Origin: Minisyncoccota bacterium
GTDB taxonomy: Bacteria > Patescibacteriota > Minisyncoccia > Phycocordibacterales > UBA9973
Assembly: GCA_041663005.1 (NCBI GenBank)
Contig: JBAZRK010000001.1
Span: 93,360 to 157,359, forward strand
Reading direction: 5' to 3'
Length of the DNA: 64,000 nucleotides
This document shows, in pieces, positions 43,108 to 51,848 of this stretch (its first letter is position 1; every line of letters starts with the position of its first letter). Made by a program: the position numbers and the translations under genes. A model generated the notes under the pieces. It did not search any database and was not told where the DNA came from. It was given only the letters and a program-made list of their open reading frames with translations.

Positions 43108-44034
43108 TTATTTCGTATTCAAGTAAAGATAAATATCTTCGAGAGCACGGACGGCATCACCGGCGGCGATGTTGTTCTGGTGATAGAGAATGTTCGTTGC
43201 ATCACCCGCGGCCCAGATGCCGGACACTTCGGTTTTCTGATTTGAAAAGTCTATTTTAATTCTGCCGATTTCATCAAGCGGGACAAGTTCCTTCGCAAAT
43301 CCGGTATTCGGAATCTGTCCTATTTCCACGAAGATACCGGCAACTTTGAGTGGCTTCGTTTCTCCAGTTTTAGAATCCTTATAAACAAGTCCATCCACAA
43401 ATTTATCACCTGTGATTTCTAGGATTTCCGTGTTTTTTATAACTTTCATTTTCGGATTTTTAAGAACCTTCTCTACAGTTACTTCGTCAGCCTTGAAAGT
43501 GTCGCCTCGGATGAGGAGGGTCACGGATTTGCAGTAGGCGAGGAGCTGGGCGGCAGTTTCAAAGCCAGCATTGCCGCCACCCACAACAGCCACATCCATA
43601 TCGGCGAAGAGGGGTCCATCGCAAGAAGCACAGTAGGTGAGTCCTTTGTTTTCGAGCCTGTCAGCTCCTATAGCAGTGAGCTTCCTGCGGAGGCTACCCG
43701 TGGTTATGAGGACGGTCTTCGCCTCGAATTCTTTGCCTGCGTCAGTTTTTATAGAAAAATTGGAACCCTTTTTTTCAACAACTTGGACCTTTTCACCTTC
43801 AACTACTTCCAGGCTGTCGCCGACGTTGGCCATAACGTGCTTTTTGAAATTTTCTGCAAGTTCATTTCCTGAGAGGGAAACAGTACCTATCCAGTTGTAT
43901 ATTTGTTCAGAGACCACGCTCTGTCCGCCCCATTCCGCAGTCACAAAAAGCGTTTTCATACGCTTCCTGGCTGCATATACAGCGGCTGCAGTGCCGGCAG
44001 GTCCACCTCCGATAATTATCAAATCGTAAATCAT
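43108..44034 (-). CDS. trxB: thioredoxin reductase / AhpF-like FAD oxidoreductase
   Basis: GGGPAG, YCASCDG, GGGNAG, AAGD. Confidence 0.85.
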   Translation of the reverse strand: MIYDLIIIGGGPAGTAAAVYAARKRMKTLFVTAEWGGQSVVSEQIYNWIGTVSLSGNELAENFKKHVMANVGDSLEVVEGEKVQVVEKKGSNFSIKTDAGKEFEAKTVLITTGSLRRKLTAIGADRLENKGLTYCASCDGPLFADMDVAVVGGGNAGFETAAQLLAYCKSVTLLIRGDTFKADEVTVEKVLKNPKMKVIKNTEILEITGDKFVDGLVYKDSKTGETKPLKVAGIFVEIGQIPNTGFAKELVPLDEIGRIKIDFSNQKTEVSGIWAAGDATNILYHQNNIAAGDAVRALEDIYLYLNTK

Positions 44035-44208
44035 ATTCGTATTATATACTAGTTTAAAATTTCGTACTATTTTTCAAACATAAATTTTTCCGGTACGGAT
44101 TTTTGATTCTGCGGAATCATGTCGCGTAAGTCCTTTAGGCGCGACCAAAAAATCCTGAAGTTCTCGGCTCGTCAGCCTCGAAACCCCTTCAAAATTTAGT
44201 TTAAAAAA

Positions 44209-45402
44209 TTATTTTTTATTTCTTCGCAAGAATGCTGGAACAGCGCTCCAGTCTCCGTCCTCATCTTCAATGATGATTTCGTCTTTCACTTCTTTCTTTT
44301 CAACCTTCTTTATGAAGTCATTGTTCGGGATAGGGTTTACATTACTGGCTATAGTGTTATGAATTTCTTTTTTAGCCTGGACTACATTGTCCTCCTTTAG
44401 CATTGTGCCAGTGGTGCCACCGAAGAGACTCTTTCTAGGCATATCTGTAGGGAAGCTTGTAGCGATAACGGTAACTTTGATTTCGCCTTTTTTGAGCTTC
44501 GGATCGTGGATGGTTCCGAATATAACCTTGGCATCCTTGTCGATAGACTCGGTGATAACCTTGGCAGCTTCTTGGATTTCATTGATAGTAAGCTCGTCTT
44601 CACCTCCGGAGATTGCGAAGAGGACACCCTTGGCACCGTGTACGGAGACTTCGAGGAGAGGAGAATTGATGGCCATAAGTGCCGCCTTTTCTGCGCGCTT
44701 TTCACCTGAAGCCGAACCGATACCCATTAAAGCGCTACCAGCGTTTGCCATCACGGCTTTAATATCGGCGAAGTCGACGTTGATGACGCCCGGAGTTGTG
44801 ATGAGGTCAGCTATTCCTTCTACCGCTTGCCTCAAGACATCGTCGCATTTCTGGAAGGCATCTCGGAAATTAATATTTTTCTCAGCGAGTTGTAAAAGTT
44901 TGTCGTTCGGGATGATGATGATAGCGTCCACTTCCTTGGCGAGTTCCTCGATGCCTTTCTCAGCTATCTTCATTCTTTGGCTACCTTCGAAGAAAAATGG
45001 TTTGGTGGTGACGGCAACAGTGAGTATGCCTTGCTCACGTGCCGCACGAGCGACTATAGGCGCCGCTCCTGTACCGGTCCCGCCACCCATTCCGCAGGCG
45101 AGGAAAATCATATCGGCTCCCTTGACCACGTCCTGAATTTCAGACTTGGTTTCTTCAGCCGCTTTTTTGCCTATTTCCGGATCCATTCCCGCGCCCAAAC
45201 CCTTCGTTAAATTTTTCCCTATATGAATTTTTTTCTCAGCGAGAGAGTGGTGCAAGTCCTGAGTGTCCGTATTCATAGCGATAAAGGACACACCCTTCAC
45301 CTTCGAATTTATCATATGATTTACTGCATTTTTTCCGGATCCGCCGATACCGACGACCATAATTCGGGCGAAACTTTCGATGACTTGGGTTACTTTTGGC
45401 AT
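44209..45402 (-). CDS. ftsZ: cell division protein FtsZ
   Basis: GMGGGTGTG tubulin motif, NVDFAD, C-terminal VPAFLR. Confidence 0.98.
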   Translation of the reverse strand: MPKVTQVIESFARIMVVGIGGSGKNAVNHMINSKVKGVSFIAMNTDTQDLHHSLAEKKIHIGKNLTKGLGAGMDPEIGKKAAEETKSEIQDVVKGADMIFLACGMGGGTGTGAAPIVARAAREQGILTVAVTTKPFFFEGSQRMKIAEKGIEELAKEVDAIIIIPNDKLLQLAEKNINFRDAFQKCDDVLRQAVEGIADLITTPGVINVDFADIKAVMANAGSALMGIGSASGEKRAEKAALMAINSPLLEVSVHGAKGVLFAISGGEDELTINEIQEAAKVITESIDKDAKVIFGTIHDPKLKKGEIKVTVIATSFPTDMPRKSLFGGTTGTMLKEDNVVQAKKEIHNTIASNVNPIPNNDFIKKVEKKEVKDEIIIEDEDGDWSAVPAFLRRNKK

Positions 45403-45470
45403 ATTTTTATTTGCGACTTAATAGTTATCTTATATAAGTAATAGACTAACAGAAAGCAGAAAAAAGTAAA

Positions 45471-45498
45471 CCCCCATACTTATGCATAAGTATGGGGG
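45471..45498. repeat. perfect 28-bp palindrome between ftsA and ftsZ
   Basis: CCCCCATACTTATGCATAAGTATGGGGG. Confidence 0.8.
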
Positions 45499-45513
45499 AA
45501 AACGGCTAAAACT

Positions 45514-46677
45514 TTAAGGCATTAACTGCTTCAATCCGGATTTAATACTGGCTTTTAGGTCGCGGAGCAGACCGTCGAGTGTACCAGTAGAGAAATTGCC
45601 GTTGCTTTTTACTGCAGAGAGGAGGCCTATGGCCGGGAACCAGGCTGAGTCACGGAGTTTAGTTTTAGTATTGTTAAACATTTCCGTGGTTCCGAGCGAA
45701 GACGGAAGTTTCAAAATAGATTTCGATAATTCTAAAATGCCTGGGGTGCTCGAGCCACCACCGATGAAGACCACTCCAGCGGGCAGGAGTTCGGAACGTT
45801 TTAATTTTTTAAAATGATTATCTATTGATTCGAAAATGTCGCAGAGGCGAGCCTCGATTATTTCGTCCAGTTTCTTTTTCGGAAATTCTTCTGTGGCTGT
45901 TCCGAGTTTCAAATCTTCTGCTTGCTCCAGCGGAATTTTAAGTCCTAAGGCGATGTCATTGGTAATGTCCGAGGAGCCAATAGAGAAAGTATGTACCGAG
46001 ATGAGAAGACCATTCTCGAAAACGGATACCAATGACTTCTCGGCGCCTATGTCCACCAAGGCAACACCCACGATTTTCTGCTTCTCGGACAGGCACAGAT
46101 CTTGGGCAGAGACTGGCGAGGCTACTACGTCAAGCGTTTCTACTCCGGCTTCGGCCAGAACTCCCAGCAAATCTTCCAAATGAACAATGGAATATGTAAC
46201 GAAAAGGGCCTTCACCTCAAGTTTGGTGCCACGCATTCCGAGCGGACGCCCCTGGACTTCCTTGCCGTCCAGACGGTATGACACTGGGAAAGAATGAACT
46301 ATTTTCTTGTTACCGAGCGAGAGGTTGTCTTCAGCGTCCTCCATCGCCTTGCTCACATCGAGGCTAGTGACTTCACCATCCGCTTTTGAAATTATTGCCG
46401 AGCCGGAACTCGTCTCACCGCGAAGGGTTGCACCGGAGAGCGCGACGAAGGCGCGGCGAATTTTCGCCCCCGAAGACTTTTCAGCTTGCGCGATTGCGTT
46501 TTTAACCGAAGCGATGGCTTGCGCGGTGTTCACCACGTAACCGTGACGCAATCCGAAAGTGGGCGCAATACCAACGCCGATAACCTTAGGATTTTTCTCT
46601 CCTTTGACGAACTCTCCGACCACGACTCGAGTTAGCGATGAGCCGATGTCTATTCCCACCGAAATATTTTTGATCAT
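45514..46677 (-). CDS. ftsA: cell division protein FtsA
   Basis: GIDIGSS, VDIGA, ITNDIA, GVVFIGGGS. Confidence 0.93.
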   Translation of the reverse strand: MIKNISVGIDIGSSLTRVVVGEFVKGEKNPKVIGVGIAPTFGLRHGYVVNTAQAIASVKNAIAQAEKSSGAKIRRAFVALSGATLRGETSSGSAIISKADGEVTSLDVSKAMEDAEDNLSLGNKKIVHSFPVSYRLDGKEVQGRPLGMRGTKLEVKALFVTYSIVHLEDLLGVLAEAGVETLDVVASPVSAQDLCLSEKQKIVGVALVDIGAEKSLVSVFENGLLISVHTFSIGSSDITNDIALGLKIPLEQAEDLKLGTATEEFPKKKLDEIIEARLCDIFESIDNHFKKLKRSELLPAGVVFIGGGSSTPGILELSKSILKLPSSLGTTEMFNNTKTKLRDSAWFPAIGLLSAVKSNGNFSTGTLDGLLRDLKASIKSGLKQLMP

Positions 46678-47044
46678 ATTTATTTTCCGCTTTCTCCATT
46701 CTACTACTATGTACGTTTCCTTTCAAATGAAGCATTCCGTGGATAACCAAGAATCCCACGAGCTCGCGGAAATTTTTATCAAATTTGCGTTCTTTCGCCT
46801 CGCGGGTGATGACCGCGGGGCAGAGGACTATCTCGCCGGCGCTTTTCGTCAAAGGGAATGACAATATGTTTGTAGCCTTGTCCTTGCCACGGTAGGCCTT
46901 GTTAAGCTCGCGAGATTTAGCGTTGGACACGAAAACGATAGACAGAGAATATTTCTCGCCTAGTATTTCTTGCTTTATCTCTAAAACGGGAAGACGAGGG
47001 AATGGAACCCTCGTCTTGTTAGTTATTGAAATGCCTGTCTCCAT
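46586..47044 (-). CDS. ybeY: rRNA maturation endoribonuclease YbeY
   Basis: LNKAYRGKDKATNILSF, HGMLHLKGNVH. Confidence 0.9.
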   Translation of the reverse strand: METGISITNKTRVPFPRLPVLEIKQEILGEKYSLSIVFVSNAKSRELNKAYRGKDKATNILSFPLTKSAGEIVLCPAVITREAKERKFDKNFRELVGFLVIHGMLHLKGNVHSSRMEKAENKYDQKYFGGNRHRLIANSSRGRRVRQRREKS

Positions 47045-47058
47045 CGGCTTTAGGTAAG

Positions 47059-47298
47059 TTATCGTGACTTGGTGACCATTTTGCCCAGCTTCTTTAATTT
47101 TTCGATTTCCTTCCTGCGCTCCATTCTCTTCAAAGCGCTCTTCTTGACCTTGAGCTTGGATTCCTTGCGCTCGTTGTAGCGAGAACCCTTAACCTTCCTA
47201 ATGATGCCGGATTCCTGAATGCGTCGTGAAAAGCGGCGCAAAACGCTTGAATTATTTTCGTTTGGATTCTTCTTGACCTCTATTACTGTTTTTGCCAT
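47059..47298 (-). CDS. rpsU: 30S ribosomal protein S21
   Basis: Basic; SVLRRFSRRIQESGII pattern. Confidence 0.75.
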   Translation of the reverse strand: MAKTVIEVKKNPNENNSSVLRRFSRRIQESGIIRKVKGSRYNERKESKLKVKKSALKRMERRKEIEKLKKLGKMVTKSR

Positions 47299-47464
47299 AG
47301 CCCTAAGATTATCATAAAAAGGATTTTAAGCAAGCGCCATCACTGTAGTAGGAGTAGGGCTTTGACTTTTGCTTCCAAAAAGAGTAAATTAATACTTTGA
47401 ATCCCGTTAGAAATTTTCGAAACGGGGTTTCATCGTTTTATTACCAAAATCTAAAATATTTACA

Positions 47465-47953
47465 ATGAATCAAGCGGGCAATTACATTACGGCAGAGAAA
47501 AGGAAAGCCTTGGAAGCCGAACTTAAGGATTTAAAAGGCCCTAAGAGAAAGGAAATACTCGAAGCGCTAGCGTACGCCAAGTCGCTCGGTGATTTGTCGG
47601 AAAACGCCGAATATCATCAGGCGCGCGAGGAGCAAGGCAAGCTCGAGACCCGAATTAAATGGATTGAAGAAATTCTGGAGTCTTCTCATACCGTGAAAGG
47701 AGGGGGTGGGGACATCATCGAGATAGGCTCTAAAGTAGTTGTGCAAAGACTTGATGCGAAAGGCCTGCCCGCCAACGAGGCGGGAGAGAAAAAATATGTT
47801 ATAGTAGGTTCACAGGAGGCGGATATGGCGGCTGGGAAAATCTCGAACCACTCGCCGATAGGTAGCGCCCTGTTTGGGAAGAAGAAAGGTGCGAGCGTTA
47901 CCTTCGCTACCCCCAAGGGTCCGGTGAATTACAAAATTATCGACGTCTCTTAA
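47465..47953 (+). CDS. greA: transcription elongation factor GreA
   Basis: GDLSENAEY, ISNHSPIGSAL. Confidence 0.95.
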   Translation: MNQAGNYITAEKRKALEAELKDLKGPKRKEILEALAYAKSLGDLSENAEYHQAREEQGKLETRIKWIEEILESSHTVKGGGGDIIEIGSKVVVQRLDAKGLPANEAGEKKYVIVGSQEADMAAGKISNHSPIGSALFGKKKGASVTFATPKGPVNYKIIDVS

Positions 47954-47965
47954 TAGGAATACATT

Positions 47966-49426
47966 ATGTCTTCAATTGATGAAATTAGGGAGACAAGAAT
48001 AAAAAAATTAAAACTTCTGGAAGAGAAGGGTATTAATGCGTATCCAGCAGAGTCGAAGAGGGAGCTAAGCCTCGCGGAAGCAGCGGATAAATTCGATAGA
48101 TTTGAGGCGGGCAAAGATACCAAGTGGATAGCGGGCAGGATAATGTCTATCCGCGGACAAGGAGCCATTATTTTTATCACGCTCTACGACGGCACGGGGA
48201 CATTCCAAGGACTCCTAAAGAAGGATGTCATAGGTGAAGAGAAATTAAATTTCTGGAATGAAGTCGTGGACATCGGCGACTTCGTAGAACTACAAGGCAC
48301 GTTTTTTAAAACCAATCGTGGCGAGAAAACCCTTGAGGCGACTGACTGGCGAATGCTTTCGAAGTCTCTCCGCCCACTGCCCGAGAAATGGCACGGGCTT
48401 ACGGACGTGGAAGAGCGTTACCGCAAGCGATACTTAGACATTCTGATGAACCCGGAACTCAAAGACCTTTTCGAAAGGAAGGCCAAGTTCTGGGACGCCA
48501 CAAGAAACTTTTTGAAAAAAGAAGGATTCCTAGAAGTTGAAACTCCAACCATTGAAGTCACGACTGGCGGTGCGGAGGCGAGACCTTTCAAAACTCACCA
48601 TAACGATTTCGACCTCGATGTTTATATGCGAATTTCCGTTGGAGAGCTGTGGCAGAAGCGTTTGCTCGCGGCGGGCTTCGATCGCGTTTTCGAAATAGGG
48701 AGAGCTTATCGTAATGAAGGCTCGAGCCCAGAGCATACTCAGGAGTTTACAAATTTGGAATTTTACGCCGGGTATATGGATTACAAGCAAGGGATGGAAT
48801 TCACGGAACGAATGCTTAAAAAGGTGGCGCAAGAAACTTTCGGAACTTTAGAATTCGAAACTCACGGACAGAAAGTTGATTTATCTCAAAAATGGGAAAG
48901 GATGGCCTACGTGGATACAATTAAGAAAATGACCGGCGTGGATGTGCTTAATGCGGGCGAGAAAGAAATGACTGCAAAGCTCGATGAGCTCGGTGTGAAA
49001 TATGACGGCAACAACATAGAGCGCCTGACGGATTCCCTTTGGAAATATTGCCGAAAGCAAATAGTGGGCCCGGCTTGGCTCATCGATGTGCCGAAGCTCG
49101 TGTCGCCACTTTCGAAAGCTAAACCCGAAAATCCGTTACTCACCGAGAGGGTGCAGTTACTCCTCGCCGGGGCAGAAATGACCAACGGCTTCTCGGAATT
49201 AAATGACCCCGTAGACCAGGGCGAGCGCTTCGCTCAGCAAAAGAGATTAATCGAGGCAGGGGATGAAGAAGCCATGATGCCTGATGACGAATTCGTGGAA
49301 ATGCTCGAGCACGGAATGCCCCCAGCCTTCGGCTTCGGAATGGGAGAAAGATTTTTCTCTTTTCTGGTAGACAAACCTCTTCGCGAAATTCAACTCTTCC
49401 CGCTAATGCGCCCGAGACAGGAATAA
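47966..49426 (+). CDS. lysS: lysine--tRNA ligase (class II)
   Basis: PLPEKWHGL, GGAEARPF, YRNEG..PEHTQEFT, GMPPAFGFGMGER. Confidence 0.96.
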   Translation: MSSIDEIRETRIKKLKLLEEKGINAYPAESKRELSLAEAADKFDRFEAGKDTKWIAGRIMSIRGQGAIIFITLYDGTGTFQGLLKKDVIGEEKLNFWNEVVDIGDFVELQGTFFKTNRGEKTLEATDWRMLSKSLRPLPEKWHGLTDVEERYRKRYLDILMNPELKDLFERKAKFWDATRNFLKKEGFLEVETPTIEVTTGGAEARPFKTHHNDFDLDVYMRISVGELWQKRLLAAGFDRVFEIGRAYRNEGSSPEHTQEFTNLEFYAGYMDYKQGMEFTERMLKKVAQETFGTLEFETHGQKVDLSQKWERMAYVDTIKKMTGVDVLNAGEKEMTAKLDELGVKYDGNNIERLTDSLWKYCRKQIVGPAWLIDVPKLVSPLSKAKPENPLLTERVQLLLAGAEMTNGFSELNDPVDQGERFAQQKRLIEAGDEEAMMPDDEFVEMLEHGMPPAFGFGMGERFFSFLVDKPLREIQLFPLMRPRQE

Positions 49427-49452
49427 AAAAACACCCATTGGGTGTTTTTTTA
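49425..49452. terminator. bidirectional terminator
   Basis: AAAAAAACACCCA-T-TGGGTGTTTTTT between convergent genes. Confidence 0.7.
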
Positions 49453-49454
49453 TT

Positions 49455-49859
49455 TTAGTTAAAATCTTTAGGAAGTCCGAAACGTTTGATGAGCATATCC
49501 ACTACCTGCTTGTCGGATTTGTCTGTTGGATCCCAGTCGACTTTATGATGAGGAAGTTTATTAAAAATATTTCGATAGGTCCTAGAGAGGGTTAATGCGT
49601 TGGCGTCTTCTGGAAGCACTGTGATGTCTTCTCTTATTGCGAATACGTTTTCTGCATGTTCCATAATCTCCTTAAACTCTTCGTCGTTATATTCCACGTT
49701 AGTAAAATCAGGCATTTTGCCTCCGAGATATGCGTTCAAAATAGCAATTGTTCGCTTGCGAGTGCCTTCTGGCATTTCCAATTTCTCTACTCCTCTTACT
49801 GGATTAGCTTCTGGCTCAACTTTTTTAACAAAAGTAATTGATTCGTGTTTCGTATGCAT
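49455..49859 (-). CDS. hypothetical protein
   Basis: 134-aa ORF with natural composition. Confidence 0.55.
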   Translation of the reverse strand: MHTKHESITFVKKVEPEANPVRGVEKLEMPEGTRKRTIAILNAYLGGKMPDFTNVEYNDEEFKEIMEHAENVFAIREDITVLPEDANALTLSRTYRNIFNKLPHHKVDWDPTDKSDKQVVDMLIKRFGLPKDFN

Positions 49860-50012
49860 AATTTTATTATATCACAAAACGAAAAGCGCCTCGACGATGT
49901 TGTCGAAGGTCGCTTGGATACTTGGCGGTGCGAACACGCCAATTTTTAATTTTGCGAAAGAGCAGTTTACATCATATTTTATATAAAAATCAAGCGAAGC
50001 AGGGGAAGGTAA

Positions 50013-50058
50013 GCCCGACGCAAGTTCGGGCTCCGACCCCATAGATGAGCGTCGGAGT
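50013..50058. repeat. double-hairpin element, intergenic copy
   Basis: CCCGAC-GCAA-GTTCGGG then CTCCGAC...GAGCGTCGGAG; related copy at 60111-60156. Confidence 0.65.
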
Positions 50059-50091
50059 TATCCACACATTGGGCTTGGCGCTATTTTATGT

Positions 50092-50130
50092 AGTGGTTTA
50101 TAATGTATATGAAGTGGGAAAAAGTGGGAA
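50092..50130 (+). promoter_or_regulatory. mraZ promoter with MraZ-box-like GTGGG repeats; DnaA box TTATCCACA at 50058-50066
   Basis: AAGTGGGAAAAAGTGGGAA (10-bp period), TATAAT at 50099. Confidence 0.55.
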
Positions 50131-50159
50131 ATCGGTGCAAAAGTAATTTTTATAAAAAA

Positions 50160-50600
50160 ATGCTGATAGGAGAATACATTCACACAATAGACGAGAAGAA
50201 CCGGGTTTCTGTGCCGGCGAAATTTAGGAAAGAGCTCGGCAAGAAAATCATCATTACCCCCGGACTCGGACAATGTCTGTTTATTTTCACTACAGCAGAA
50301 TGGGCGAAAGTTTCTAAAAAGCTTTCTGACTCTGAGACCGATTTGTCATTCTTGAAAGCTGACCAGAGAAGCTTCAACAGATATATGTTTGGTCGCGCCG
50401 CCGAAGTTGAAATTGATTCTATCGGCAGGATGCTCATACCGGAATTCTTGCAGGAGGGGATTCACTTGCGAGACAAGGCAGCCATCATAGGAGTTAAAGA
50501 TCGCGTCGAAGTCTGGAACGAGAAGGCTTGGGGCGAGCAGAAGGTTAAGGTAGCGAAGGAAGCGGAGCAGTTGGCGGAAAAATTGGCACGCAATGAATAG
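50160..50600 (+). CDS. mraZ: transcriptional regulator MraZ
   Basis: GEYIHTIDEKNRVSVPAKFR, DSIGRMLIP, RVEVW. Confidence 0.95.
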   Translation: MLIGEYIHTIDEKNRVSVPAKFRKELGKKIIITPGLGQCLFIFTTAEWAKVSKKLSDSETDLSFLKADQRSFNRYMFGRAAEVEIDSIGRMLIPEFLQEGIHLRDKAAIIGVKDRVEVWNEKAWGEQKVKVAKEAEQLAEKLARNE

Positions 50601-51486
50601 CATTCACAAGACAGTTCTTTTAAAAGAAACAATAGATGGGTTAAATTTACAGCCGAAGTCCGTCGTAGTAGATGCTACTTTCGGCGGGGGAGGACACAGC
50701 TTGGAAATCTGCAAGCAGTTCCCAGGAGTAAGGATAATAGCCATCGATCAAGACCAAGGAGCGTTCGAAAAAGCTAAAAACAAGTTTGAAGGAACGGTGT
50801 GCGACATAACTTTCGTAAAAGCAAACTTTCGAAACTTGGGCGAGGACTTACACGCTGACGTCGATGGAATTATTTTCGACCTAGGATTAAGTTCAGACCA
50901 ATTAGAGAATTCCGGACGGGGATTTTCTTTCATCCGCAATGAGCCGCTTCTCATGACGATGAAGGAAAATCCCTCTCCAGAAGATTTAACCGCTCGAGAG
51001 ATTGTGAACACTTGGGAGGAGAAATCCCTAGCCGACATCATCTACGGTTACGGAGAAGAGAGGTTTTCTCGATGGATTGCCAAGGCGATTGTGGAAGGAA
51101 GGAAGGACAAAGAAATTGTGACCACGTTCGACCTGGTGAAGATTATCGAGGAAGCAGTGCCGGGAGCATACAAGCGGGGGAGGATACACTGTGCCACCAA
51201 GACTTTTCAAGCATTGCGCATTGCAGTGAACGACGAATTGGGGAGTTTGGCGGAAGGACTTAAAGCGGGATTCGCGAAGCTTAAAGTCGGAGGGAGGATG
51301 GGGGTTATATCATTCCATAGTTTAGAGGACAGGATTGTAAAGAATTTTTATAAAGACAAGAAAGCGAACGGCGAGGCGATACTTATAAACAAGAAACCAA
51401 TTATTGCCGGAGAGACGGAAGTAAAAAGTAACCCGAGGTCACGCAGCGCCAAATTAAGGATTTTAGAAAAAACACAAGCAAATTAA
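50593..51486 (+). CDS. rsmH: 16S rRNA m4C1402 methyltransferase RsmH
   Basis: HKTVLL, DATFGGGGHS, FQALRIAVNDEL, SFHSLEDR, NPRSRSAKLR. Confidence 0.97.
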   Translation: MNSIHKTVLLKETIDGLNLQPKSVVVDATFGGGGHSLEICKQFPGVRIIAIDQDQGAFEKAKNKFEGTVCDITFVKANFRNLGEDLHADVDGIIFDLGLSSDQLENSGRGFSFIRNEPLLMTMKENPSPEDLTAREIVNTWEEKSLADIIYGYGEERFSRWIAKAIVEGRKDKEIVTTFDLVKIIEEAVPGAYKRGRIHCATKTFQALRIAVNDELGSLAEGLKAGFAKLKVGGRMGVISFHSLEDRIVKNFYKDKKANGEAILINKKPIIAGETEVKSNPRSRSAKLRILEKTQAN

Positions 51487-51491
51487 AAAAA

Positions 51492-51848
51492 ATGAAACAA
51501 GCAAGCTTAAAACTTTACAGGGGGATGCAAAACGTCAATATCACGGCTAACAACGTAGATATGAACCGCGTGATTTTGCGCGCGATGTTAAGTACCGTCG
51601 TATTGCTCGCGCTTACCTATGCACTCCTGGTGGGTCTTATGGTTTGGAATATTGTGGAAAGGAAAAATTTGGAAAAAGAAATGCAAACTCTATCAACTGA
51701 CGTTGGTAATCTTGAGCTTGAATACCTGGCGCTCTCAGGGAGCATTGACATCGAGCTCGGGCACGCTATGGGATTTAAAGAAACTCCTGCCAATTTTGCT
51801 ACCAAGAGGTCGCTCGGCAGTCGCGAGCTCGTAAGCAATGAAATCTAG
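51492..51848 (+). CDS. FtsL-like bitopic protein
   Basis: Position between rsmH and PBP; TM plus coiled coil, MGF motif. Confidence 0.6.
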   Translation: MKQASLKLYRGMQNVNITANNVDMNRVILRAMLSTVVLLALTYALLVGLMVWNIVERKNLEKEMQTLSTDVGNLELEYLALSGSIDIELGHAMGFKETPANFATKRSLGSRELVSNEI

